From Rhodosorus marinus CCMP1338 (Eukaryota; Plantae; Rhodophyta): a stretch of DNA of 64,000 nt. Made by a program: the position numbers and the translations under genes. The stretch covers positions 930,001-994,000 of the forward strand of contig JAMWBK010000004.1 in assembly GCA_029953675.1 (NCBI GenBank), written 5' to 3'. Below the pieces are notes generated by a model. It did no database searches and was not told the origin of the DNA. It worked only from the letters and a program-made list of their open reading frames with translations. This document shows, piece by piece, positions 45,183-56,178 of the stretch (positions are counted from its first letter, which is position 1; each line of letters opens with the position of its first letter).

Positions 45183-46928
45183 TTATGCTTCGACGGGGGT
45201 GAACGTGTAGGTGCAGGTAGCGTTCTGGTAGTACGCATCGCACGACACCTGGTAGGGCTCGGTTGGCGGGTAGAAAGGCATCGCGTTGATGACCGTCCCT
45301 CGAATTGCGGCGTACAGCATCGCGGAGATTCCTCCAGAAATAGGGAGGGTGATGATCCATGAGAGCCCGATCTTTCCAATCAGACCCCAGTTGCTCTTTT
45401 TAAAGCCGTCAGGCTCGTAGAGCCCGATCGCTATGACAGCACCGATCAGGCAGTGGGTGCTGGAAACCGGGATACCGACGTACGAGGCGATGAGAACGGT
45501 GAAAGCAACAGCAAGCTGTGCGCACTGGCCCCTGAGAGGAGTAACGACCGTCAGGTTCTCACCGATCGTCTTCATGACCTTGGCTCCGAAGAAGTACAGA
45601 CCGAAGATGATGAACACGCAGCAGTAGAAGAGCGCCCAGTAGACCGGCTGCGGGGTCTCGACCAACGCACCGGTGTTCAAGGTCTGGTAGATAGCCTGAA
45701 GGGTTCCTGCCGCGTTGGAGATGTCATTGGCTCCCGCAGCGAACGACATGTAGCAGGCTGACAGGACTTGACCGCCTGCGAAGCGCTTCTCGATCTGGAA
45801 GTCCCACACATCGTCTGGCTTGTACAGACTCACATCCTTCTTGTTGCCTTCACCACCAATGAACTTGGTGATGCGCTCGAAAAACTTCCTGATCTGACTC
45901 TTTTGCCTGCTCTGCTTGACTCTGTCCACAGTCACAGTCGTTCCCATTCTCGACAACTTCGCCTCGTCAGTCACCAAGTCCATAGAGTACATGGGTCTGA
46001 TCTTGACTCCGTCCTCCTCGTTCAGAGACAGCTGCTGGTTCAGGTTGTCCTCGATCAGCTCGTCAAGGAATCTCTGGTTCTCTTCCTCGACGAAGCCTCC
46101 GCCCAGATCCATTTTGTCCAGCTTCTTGTTGGTTAGGCCGATCGCCCAGAAGTATCCGACGATTGCCACAATCACACCACACCCAATGGCAATACCCGCG
46201 GCCGGACCGTACCAGTATTCGTCGTAGAGTCCATATCGGACAGTTGTGATGACGAACATGACTGTCGTGAATGTGACGAGGAACCAGACGAAAGCGGTGT
46301 AGATGTGCTGCCTCAGGAGAGCCACCGGCCTCCATTCGGGGTCGTACTCGTGAGTATCCCTGAATGGAATGCAGATCCAGTATTTGGCGGCGAGGTAGAA
46401 GGCCGAGGCAAAAACTCCAGCCAGCAACGGTGAAATAACCCATGAGATCACGATCTTTCCAACTCCCGGCCACCATTGGATTCCACTCGCTCCCAGCTCA
46501 ACCAGCCCAAAGCCAATGGTCGCTCCGACAATGGCGTGCGTGGTACTGACCGGCATGGACAGCCACGTAGCCAGGGACACGAACATACCAGCTGAAAGAG
46601 CGGACGTGAGCATTCCGAGCATGTAAAGGGAGGGGATCTCCTGGAAGTCAGTCCAGCTGACGATGCCCTTTCCCACTGTCTTCGTAACCTGACCCCCGAG
46701 GGCCATCGCACCAAGTGTGATGAAGACGGAGGCCAGGATGCAGGCCATCCTCACGGTCAGTACTCTCGATCCTACGGAAGTTCCGAACAAGTTTCCGACG
46801 TCGTTGGCTCCCATGGCCGCGGATTGCCACATTGTGGCGAACAAAGCCACTGCGAAGATCCAGGTGAACGGCCCCAAGACTTGGGCTGCCACATCGGGCA
46901 TAATATTCACCACCTCTGTCGCAGACAT
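45183..46928 (-). CDS. PiT/PHO4-family inorganic phosphate transporter (581 aa)
   Basis: Two signature halves GANDVGN...PVSTTH and GANDISN...PVSSTH, multiple TM helices, acidic central loop; TA-rich TATA-like tract ~100 nt upstream (47013-47040). Confidence 0.95.
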   Translation of the reverse strand: MSATEVVNIMPDVAAQVLGPFTWIFAVALFATMWQSAAMGANDVGNLFGTSVGSRVLTVRMACILASVFITLGAMALGGQVTKTVGKGIVSWTDFQEIPSLYMLGMLTSALSAGMFVSLATWLSMPVSTTHAIVGATIGFGLVELGASGIQWWPGVGKIVISWVISPLLAGVFASAFYLAAKYWICIPFRDTHEYDPEWRPVALLRQHIYTAFVWFLVTFTTVMFVITTVRYGLYDEYWYGPAAGIAIGCGVIVAIVGYFWAIGLTNKKLDKMDLGGGFVEEENQRFLDELIEDNLNQQLSLNEEDGVKIRPMYSMDLVTDEAKLSRMGTTVTVDRVKQSRQKSQIRKFFERITKFIGGEGNKKDVSLYKPDDVWDFQIEKRFAGGQVLSACYMSFAAGANDISNAAGTLQAIYQTLNTGALVETPQPVYWALFYCCVFIIFGLYFFGAKVMKTIGENLTVVTPLRGQCAQLAVAFTVLIASYVGIPVSSTHCLIGAVIAIGLYEPDGFKKSNWGLIGKIGLSWIITLPISGGISAMLYAAIRGTVINAMPFYPPTEPYQVSCDAYYQNATCTYTFTPVEA

Positions 46929-48272
46929 CGTTGCGTTATTTCAGAATTCGCGAAAGTTCCTCTGCTTCAAACACCACGCAATCTTCTCTTCGGAAGATAT
47001 GTTTGTTCCTCGTACTATATATCTATTTATATATATATGCTCCTTACCATTCTCAAGAGGGTTTAATTTCTTTGCATGGGCAAATCATGCCCCTCCTCCT
47101 TCCAAGACCGCTAGTCTCCAGGTATATATATTGTGTTCCGATCGCTTTCATCGAGCCACTCATCGAAAAAAATTGGTCTTCGCGTGGCCGTATTGAGTTA
47201 AAAACTTCTCTCTCCAATGTTAACGCAGGTCCCCGAGCAGTTTACACCAGCGCAAACGATGTCCACAATTTCTCTCCCGGTATTCATGAGTTTTCTCACT
47301 ACGATGAATATGACCTTTTCTTCAAGGAGCCCAACCAGAATCCAGTCAGGCCCTCTCCAATGGGGAAGGCTGATTCCTAGTAAACCGCCCTTTCGAGACT
47401 ACCAGCATTCGAGAGAACCGGCGTCCGGCGCTGCAATAGCAAAAACAGGAGGAAAAGGGAAAAACAGGTACAAAACATGCCAGACACATAAAAAAACCAA
47501 GAAAATGGACGTACACTACGAACCAGATTCCAGTTCTCACCCATTCCCATCCCCTGTTTGTCTCCAAAAACTTTCCCGACGCGCTTGGCAGGATCAACCT
47601 TCCAAACTTGCCATCTCCGTCACCCCACCACCATTGTTAGGCCGGTGTACCCTCCATCTTTCTCTCACACTCGATCTATTCAACCATCACTCCTCATGAA
47701 ATAGAAATAACTAAAATAGCACTGTTCGTACCCTAAGTCCAGTCAATAAAAGTCTTTTCCCATCGTCAATTCGCTGCAATGGACAATAAAGATTGAAAGT
47801 CTTCCACCAGAGAGCTACCCAATTACGTTATCTGCGATATTTCATCATGCCCAGGAGATCATAAAAATAAGTATATTCATCAATGAAATATATACACCGA
47901 TTCTACGATTAGACGATATGATTCCAATATTAGCTTCCTGCCGTGACTCGGCGGCTCGAACTATTTAAAAAACCGCCCTAGTCGATCGACTTTTGTTGTC
48001 CAGTATTGGATATATGGATGTTCATCTTTTCAAAAAAGTTGAAAAACGCACGTTCTGTATTGGATACGATAAAATTGTCCGTTCTAGTTTTTGAATATTG
48101 ATAAAATTACTCACAACCCTGGAGTGCGTGTATTTTTTTTTGTATAGTGAGGACCACAAAGGTGGGCGAAACCTGACAGCTCTTTAGTGGAAATAAAATA
48201 AAGGGAATTATAAATTGTTGTAAGTATAAAAAAAGGAGGTCGTTGGGAAACCGGAAGCAGCTCACTTTATCG

Positions 48273-48800
48273 ACTCTAGAGTTTCGTACCAACGTGACTT
48301 AATTAAAGTCAACTTTATGACAGCTGTCTCTATATAGGGTTTTGAAGAAAACTAGGGTTGATACATGCTTCTATGAATTAGGATAATAATTAAACATGTT
48401 TTCTAGATATTGCTTTTTCCCGTTGAGGGTGTTGTTGAATATAAACAACTTTTGGTATTATCTGCACTTCCGGGAATCTTTACCAGCATACGAATAAACT
48501 TTCTATTTATAGAAATCCAAATGTATTTTCTTCTAAACTTTTGCGTTGAAATTGGTTCTATAAATGGAAATTTGATTCGATCGGTGTTCAATGAAAGATT
48601 CTGGGGCCGAGAGATACTACCAAAAGTACTAGATATTCAACAACGCTTCGAGCAAAAAAAAGCAATGTTTAGAAAATATGTCAAAGTCTTATCCTAATTC
48701 ACAGTAGCACATATTCAACAACGTTGTTTTAAACGGCATATAGAGACAGCTGCAATACTGCGGACGTTAATCAAGGCCAGTTCGTACGAAATCCTAAAGT
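48273..48800. mobile_element. Decayed MITE/foldback-like element with ~70-bp imperfect terminal inverted repeats
   Basis: 48273-48342 vs reverse complement of 48731-48800: 52/70 ungapped matches by my count, including cagctgtctctatat (15/15); additional internal inverted pairs. Confidence 0.65.
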
Positions 48801-51800
48801 AGGGAGGCTGATTCTGTTTTATCTACGAACACCCCCAGCTTCTATCTTCTTGAAGGAGAAGAAAATTTTCGTTTTTTTATTTCCAATAAAGGAATGTTTT
48901 CTTCTCTTCTAATAAAAGTTATGAAAAATAGGCATATGAACTAGCCCTAGCTTCTACAGGGCGGTCCAGTTATTTTACAGTGAACGTGTTTATTCCGAAC
49001 CCCAGATTATCCTAACTGTAGGTATCGCTCCAGTGGATTAGGGCAGTTTCTCTCACCACAACTGACAAGCCCCTACCGAACCACTACTAGTGGGACTAGT
49101 GCATCCTGGCCCTGGCCTTTGCTCCCGTAAGGTTCATCCGTGAACTGGTAACTCTCTTGCTTGTTGTTTTTGGAAGCATTCGCGTGCCCAGCACTGCCCT
49201 ATTTTTTTGGGGGGGGGGCTCTCGGGGCGAATGCTAGCTACTACCATCCCGTCTCTAGGGTGGTTGTAGCGGGCCTGATACTACAATCTGCCGGGGGGAT
49301 CTCTGTGGAAAGCTGACCGAGCTGTATAGCCACTTCACTTTTCCTAAGAGCTCAGGACGTCATTCGGTTCGTTCGGTTTCCATCGGAAGGCGGTCCTCAA
49401 TTTTTGCGTGCTATCGTTGGAGAATCTGGGAGGTGAATCTTCAAAGCTGAAAACGCCCGACCCCGTGCCTACATGGTTATGGAACAGCTTCACGTCTATG
49501 GCTAATGCCCCGGCGACCGGCGGCAACGAGCCGATTGTGGGAAAGACTACCAAACAGAGGACTCTGATATCTTGTACCATATCACTCAAGGATCTGTAAT
49601 TCCATCAAGATGTAGACTACCCAAGCCACCGGATATTTCTGCTTTTAGTTCCTGACCAGGAGCTTTCTTGACCTTCAGGTGCTACAAGCGTCAAGCGTGA
49701 GCCCGGAAAACTCCCCGAAAGTAAGGTTTCGGGTAGTTTTGAAGCTTGCGAACGGGCAGTATGCCTTATTTTTGAGGGGCAACCAACTGGCGAACTTACT
49801 CTCAGGGGTAATAACGCGGAGGGATCCACTTTTCGCTTCGGATAGAGGTGCATTGGCGAGAGGGAGCATCTTGATCAGATTAACATTACCCTGGCGGGAA
49901 CAACCGCACTCGCCGTCGTGTCAGCGCTTCACGTGTCCGATGATCCGGCAAATTCACGTCTGATTCTGGAACCAAACGAGTGCTTCAATATGCCTGAGAA
50001 GAGTTCTTGAATGTAGCGAAATTTAGCCTCCATTCATGTTTGAAGCTCAGTAAGGCACAAGGTTTCGAAGATGTTCGCAAAGCTCATCCGCATAGTTGGT
50101 AGGCGCCGATATGTTCTTGAAGGAGAGGGGTGGTGGAACCCATTACAAGCTGAATAAAGACACTGAGTGAAGAAGAGGCCGTTAAGGAATCCCAAACTAT
50201 TGAATAGGACGGAACTGAGAAACTGCGTGGAGAAATGTAATGAACAGGGAGAGGGCTTTTACCAAAGAGCGCGTGGTTTTACCAAAATGCAACGCCAAGT
50301 TCTAAAAAAGCGAAATGCGCTAATCTGCTTGATGTTGACTAAAGCATATCAGCCTTGCGTATTGTTGACGAAAATATACTCCTCAGTCTGTTTGTTGTTG
50401 ACGAAAGTACTCTCGTCAACACTTGCATTTGACGGTTTCCTGTCTGTTGTCTTATTGACAGGAGAGTTTTCTCTTGGCACCAGATTCTTATGATGTCGCG
50501 ACTGCATTTCAGTAGAAACTGGGCCCAGCAACTCTAAAACTTTTCTCGCAAGCAAGCAGGTGCTTTCTCGCTTCATTCTAGTCAAGAATTAGGACGAGAA
50601 GCTGCGCACCCCTGAGTATGAACAAAGTATAAGAACAGTAGGTTTGGGCCTAGTGGGACGGGTTTTTCGCTGTTTACGACCCAGAAGTGGTTAAAACTGC
50701 GAAACAGGTGGGTTTAAAGGAGGGAGGGGGATGTGCAGGGGGCTCGCAAACAGCGAAAAACCCAACCCACTTAGACCCTAAGAACGGTGTGCGCTTAATA
50801 GTCCTCGACGTAACCGCCAGGTGACCCCATCATACTCCAGGCGCGTGGTAGAAATGTCGCTGCACAGCATTTCTTCATCGGCAAGAATGTCGTTGCTGGG
50901 CATTTCGTTTTGGTCCTCAAATTAGATTCGAAAGGCTTCAGGGTGTTTTTTTTTGTGTGCAACTCCTACCAAAAATATCTCGCTCTCTTATTGGGTATAC
51001 TGGTATATAAATTATTTATTTATTTATATGGATGCCTATAAAAATGACTAATTACTAATATATAAGCATTGCGTGTCCTCATATTCGAAATATTGATATT
51101 GACGCTTTCTTTGAAAATTTATTTCGATTTTTGCGAATGTTTCATTCGCCTGTTTATCTAGTTTCAACAAATAATAGTTATGTTTCGCGTGCTTAGCTAT
51201 AATAATTGGACAAAAACAATTATAATGACTGAATATTGCTAGAGTCTACATATTCGTTTTGTTTTTCAATATTTGAAGGATAGCGGTTCTCGTGATTTAT
51301 TTAAAATTGGTTGAATTGTGTTGGACTGAACTTAGAATATCATTGCGCTCCTGTCCATCTTATCAGTAGTCGATTGGCCGTTATCGTGGAGGCCGGTTAC
51401 AGCTTTCAACTTGACTTTCTAAGTGTAAGCTGGTGCTCGATAAGATTCCTTTCTAACAGCTTTTGCTACTCCGTATCAACTACTGAACGTGCGCCCTTTC
51501 GTCCGGTGTTTGTGGGTGTGGCGATGGTTGTCACGCTTCTGGACATGCACACCCTGCACTATTCTCTAGGGAAGCTTGGCCATGAGTGAATAATAAAAGA
51601 CAAATAAAAGACCTTGGATTGTAGGGGTTAGAATTTGAAGAAGTTTTTTAAAGAAATCGTATCCTTAGACGCGCACGTTACCGGCAATAACATCGAAATA
51701 TCTGGCATTCGATGAATGGAGTACTGCAATGAAACTTGTATTATCATACAAGATTTGGATTGAGTGGGAGCTACTCACGGCTATATTGGTCTATGCAGCA

Positions 51801-52001
51801 AAATCGACGAGTTAAGTGATGTTTCCAGGCCTAATGAGTCATGAAGAGTAGTTGGGCTTGAAAAGATGAGTTCACCCTCAATTTCCTTATCGTCTTTGAA
51901 CGATTTTCTTTACTGAGGCGTAGAGCTAGCTCTAGATTCAAAGAACGCGTGCATTTCCCCGTGAAGCAGCGGCAGGTGATTAGGGATTGAATGTGTCAAA
52001 C

Positions 52002-54059
52002 TCAGCATGAGGTTGGGACGGAGCATGTCTTGGCAACTGAGCAGCGGGCCTCGATCTGGCACGTGTTAGGAATTGAGCACGTGGCAGCGATGCTGCACGA
52101 CCTAGGAACTCTACAGCTCTTCGCTGCCTTGCATTTCTGGAAAAATGTGATGAAGCAAGTTCCAATTGTTTCAAATCCGCATACTGCCCCATCGGTGATA
52201 GTATCCCATCCACAAATCGCACCGTCTCTGACAATCCTGGTTCCGCACTTGGCTGCACTCGTGACGACTATGCTACCACAGTTAGAAGCACTGGTAACAG
52301 TCCTAAACCCACATTTGGATCCATCAACGATTGTAGCGAGTCCGCACCTGGTCCCGTCGGTGATCAACTTTGATCCACACATCAGCACTGCAGAGTTAGC
52401 CCACGTTGCTATCTCACGCTCGACGCTGCTTCCCATATCTGTGAAGAACTGGGCGGTCTCCTGAATTGCCGTCCTTCCAAAAGCCTCGACCTCACCGGAC
52501 GCATCGTAGATCGAAGCCGCAATCACGTCGCCAGTATCCTCGAAGAAGTCACCCGCCTCGTTCACCACCCAAACGACCTTGCCAGCGACCTCCTTAATCT
52601 TCGCGGTAAAGAACTTGTCGACACCTCCGACCTTTACGCGACAGCTGGCCGAGGCGTTGTCGTAGTTGTATCTGAAATGTAGCGTGAAGGATATTTGGGC
52701 TGTAATACCAGCCCCAATCATGATCTGGACCTCTTCAGTGTTGACCAGGAGTCCAAATTCAAGGGAAGGCGTATCGCCCTCATCTAGCCCGTCCAGGATG
52801 TTGCTCAGGTTTGAAGTGGGAAGGTTAAGTGCTCCGAACCAGTCAGCGTACTCAATGATAGCCTCGACAGCCTTGAGAATGTTCTTGCCGATGGACTTGA
52901 TCACCTCCACCGATCCAAAGCTCGCATTTGCAGATAGGTAGAACCCTGGAAGCAATGTTGTGCCCTTAGCGGTGACCTGGTTGTACGTCGTTGCGAACGC
53001 CGAGAACTCGGCGAGCTGCTGTTCAGGAATGTCTGGAAGGATGCCCCTGGTGACTTTTTTGAGCTGGAGCGACATTGATATCTGTCCATGGATGAGCACG
53101 GAGATGTCAAAGTGTGACACGATTGAAAGAATATCATCACCAGCACTGCTTCCAATCTTGAACGCCCCGATCGAGTTAGAGAACGATTGACGCGAGCCCT
53201 TTACGTTGACTACGCGCTCCAAGAAGCCTCCGAGCGAAACCCAATTTGGAAGTTTGAAGGTTTTTGGGGAGATCTTGACCGAAACACGGTCGTGGTAGGT
53301 CCCTTGAACGTTCGCTTCCTCGACACCGTTTTCGCCGGTGAAGAGCTTCGCAGTGGCAGTGAAGGCATTACTCATGGAAAGCCCCGCGGCGACTTGGTCT
53401 AGGGCTACCTCGGACGCTTTGGAAAGGGCGGCACTGATTCCTGCCGTTGACGATACCGCAGCTGTCGATCCCAGGAAGCAGGAGATCAGTCCTTTGTTCA
53501 GCGCAATAGAAAAGCTCGGCGTGTTATTGCAGTCCAAACTGAAGGCCAGGCACATCGACATCTTGGAGCCTGGCTTGACTTGCGGGCAGATCGGCGTGAT
53601 CACCGGAAGGTTGAAGGCGATCATTGTCCAGTTCTCATCGTATCCCAGAGGAAGCACCTCGCATCCGCTCGTGATGAGGTCCGGCTCGGTCTCGATCTCT
53701 GAGCCATCGAAATCTCCCAAACATATCGGGCTCTTCCAGTAATTGTCAGCCACCGGGTGGGAGCTGACCATGAAATCCGCCAGTTGGTTTACTGCCGACC
53801 TAGCGATCATGTTAAGAACAGCTCCGATAGCAGGATCCGATGAGCCTAGGACGATGTCACCAATCGCATTCCTCAACTCACCCTGAAGATCTTGGATCGT
53901 GTGGCACCCTAGAAACCCCTCTGCACCATCGGGGAAGATACCCCGTAAAGGACAAGTCTGCCTCGACACAGTATCAAAACCAGCCCCGTCCATTGGTACT
54001 CCAGAACAGAGCGCAGTGAAACCAACTAGGCCAAGCAGTAGATAGCCAGTCCTCGTCAT
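52002..54059 (-). CDS. Secreted 685-aa protein of unknown function with Cys-repeat C-terminus
   Basis: Long uninterrupted ORF, signal-like MTRTGYLLLGLVGFTALCSG; seven 11-aa CG-x5-(DG/SA)-x2 repeats, CFITFFQK, seven 6-aa C-x5 repeats and a terminal C. Confidence 0.88.
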   Translation of the reverse strand: MTRTGYLLLGLVGFTALCSGVPMDGAGFDTVSRQTCPLRGIFPDGAEGFLGCHTIQDLQGELRNAIGDIVLGSSDPAIGAVLNMIARSAVNQLADFMVSSHPVADNYWKSPICLGDFDGSEIETEPDLITSGCEVLPLGYDENWTMIAFNLPVITPICPQVKPGSKMSMCLAFSLDCNNTPSFSIALNKGLISCFLGSTAAVSSTAGISAALSKASEVALDQVAAGLSMSNAFTATAKLFTGENGVEEANVQGTYHDRVSVKISPKTFKLPNWVSLGGFLERVVNVKGSRQSFSNSIGAFKIGSSAGDDILSIVSHFDISVLIHGQISMSLQLKKVTRGILPDIPEQQLAEFSAFATTYNQVTAKGTTLLPGFYLSANASFGSVEVIKSIGKNILKAVEAIIEYADWFGALNLPTSNLSNILDGLDEGDTPSLEFGLLVNTEEVQIMIGAGITAQISFTLHFRYNYDNASASCRVKVGGVDKFFTAKIKEVAGKVVWVVNEAGDFFEDTGDVIAASIYDASGEVEAFGRTAIQETAQFFTDMGSSVEREIATWANSAVLMCGSKLITDGTRCGLATIVDGSKCGFRTVTSASNCGSIVVTSAAKCGTRIVRDGAICGWDTITDGAVCGFETIGTCFITFFQKCKAAKSCRVPRSCSIAATCSIPNTCQIEARCSVAKTCSVPTSC

Positions 54060-54360
54060 CTTCTTAGTAGCTTTTTCTTCAGCGTTCTTGAATGTCTGTG
54101 TCTCTGCCTCAAAACAGCTGAAAGCGCCTCTGTTCTCTTGTGGATGGCTTCAGATACAAACAGCTAGATCATCAACAACCAGAGTCGACGCTTCTTATAC
54201 CATTCTCTCCCAAAACCTAGACCCTTGACGTAGGTGTACTGCTGGAGGGGTTGATCCTTTCTGCGGGTGATGGATGGAGAAGCGAATGCGGACGGTCAGT
54301 GTAAGCGAAATTTTGGATTGAAAGCCCTCAAAAGTTATGATTCAATATAGTGTCGGTGGT

Positions 54361-54381
54361 GGTTTGGTTTGGTTTGGTTGG
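54361..54381 (+). repeat. (GGTTT)n short tandem repeat
   Basis: ggtttggtttggtttggttgg. Confidence 0.8.
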
Positions 54382-55019
54382 CCTGGAGTGTGAAGGCGTA
54401 CGGTTGATGATTATGACAAAAAATAACAACGATCTCGGTACGCAGAGCGGAAGAGACTTTTGGGTTCATGGAAGGCTCCAAAAGCCAGTTTTCTGAAAGT
54501 GGGGCCGTGAAGTGTTGATCTCTTTACGTGTAGTGAGAGCCATCGCCAAACGCTTATGCCATGTTCTTTTGATCGTATTTCACTTGTTCGCTTGACAGTG
54601 AAAGCTTCTCCCCGCTCTTCGACAGTGTAAGCACTCACTCGGAGCCATAACCAGTAATAGGATACTTTCTTCACCGTAACTCAAGGCCAAACCCGCCTCC
54701 CGGCAACCGCTGTACGCTCCTTTTAAAGATATTTCCCTTAAATCAGCTCTCCAAGTTGATGAGAGCCTTCTGCCATCCGCATCACTCACCCCAAAGGACC
54801 AGTAAACGTGGCGAAAGACAGTGTGGGGTGGCTTTGGATTAGAAGGGCAACAACACGTACCGGAATCACATAAAATAGAGAGCGAAAGCACTTGAAACTT
54901 TTGGAAGTTCGTAGCGACTAGGTTGTAACCAATCTAGCCGTACTCTTCCACGGAGAGCGGGAGATGCGCAGCGCAGGCAGGTTCTCCGTTGAAGACTATC
55001 AATTTGAGTGTTTGTTTAC

Positions 55020-55470
55020 TGGCTTTATTGGACTGGACTTTACTTGTCCAGTAAAGTCTGGGGTTACGTTAAAGCGCTACTCAAACTGTGAAAAGAAACT
55101 AAGAACTAGGTAGGGAAGCGTGCAAAAAGCCAGGCGTCGATGGCGCGCCTCGGCAAACATGCTGCTCGAATATCGCCACAGGGAGACACTTAAACGCCCC
55201 AAAAGTTCCAAGTATTCAACAGGATGCTCAGTGAAACATTTCCGCAACCACTCCAAACCCGCCTTCTCCACGTGACCAAAGCTTTCCACAATGAAATGCT
55301 GGAACCGGTGGGAGCGTCCCTCAGCGCGAGGCAGACTGGCCATACTCTCAGCATACCGTCGTTCCTTCACGCGGCGAAGGGCCGAAGCAGCTGCTCCCCG
55401 GCGGCGGGCGGCAGCCGTGAGACGGGCGCTTGCCACAGGGCATGTAATCGCGACGTCAACATATGCTGTG
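55020..55470 (-). mobile_element. Family A 3' fragment with open RLE C-terminal half
   Basis: ORF 55077..55499: AYVDVAITCPVASA...KERRY...FQHFIVESFG; tail taaagtccagtccaataaagccagt. Confidence 0.88.
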
Positions 55471-56130
55471 GCGATCCCTACAAGTCTGGTGACCATCACA
55501 ACTTACTATGTTAGTTGTTTTACTAGACTTTACTAGCATAGCCTGAAGCACTACTAGTTGTTTTACTAACACAGTAAGTTGTGATGGTCACCAGACTTTT
55601 ACAGAGTTCAGCGCAACTATTTCATACTAGGTGGCGCTTGGTTATCGTAGACCAGTCTATGTGCAGCACATGATCAGTTATTGGTATTAGGGGACTGGTT
55701 GACTGGTGGAATGGGGGTGGTTATGAATCGATCGTGTGTAACCGTATCGAGCTTGATATGGAAGGTAGCGAAAAACCACTACGTAGAGAGCGCTTCTTTC
55801 TTTATCTCGAATTCTAACTCCTCTTTTGCGTAGTTCCTGACTTCGGGACATGCTCTTTTAACCTAGGTTTAATGCAGAATTCTGGCGTGGTATTCCTGCG
55901 CTTGAGTTGTGCGGGAAGATATCTACGTTGGTGTAAGTCCACAACTTCTGTATTGGCAATCGAAGCGCTAGCTGAATTGTTGGAGCTCCACGGTTTTGAC
56001 TAATGCCTCGCTTCTCACTCCTGACTATGGGACATGCCCTTTGTGCGCAAGCACGGAATTCAGAGGCCTCCAGTGCGTTCAGATGTGCGGAAAGAGATCT
56101 ACATTAGGTCTAAGTCCTCAAATTCTAGAT

Positions 56131-56178
56131 TGGACAATGGAAGAGGTAGCTGAATGGTTGGAGCTCAACGGTTTTATC
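56131..56178 (+). pseudogene. Possible SAM-domain remnant
   Basis: WTMEEVAEWLELNGF resembles SAM helix 1 (W-x2-E-D/E-V-x2-W-L); surrounding frames are interrupted. Confidence 0.3.

Noticed and set aside
49275-49320. Hammerhead-like words (ctgata...gaaa)
   Set aside because: Core CUGANGA is not satisfied and the three stems cannot be formed convincingly.
49340-50140. GC-balanced, coding-looking minus-strand region
   Set aside because: All frames interrupted and no recognisable domain.
50333-50460. TGTTGAC(T/G)AAA repeated at 30-33 nt spacing (50333, 50363, 50396)
   Set aside because: Only three short degenerate copies; likely a decayed minisatellite, no supported ORF or array function.
51991-53742. 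Plus-strand ORFs opposite the 685-aa gene, and those opposite the PiT gene (45433-46227)
   Set aside because: Antisense shadows of long GC-rich genes.
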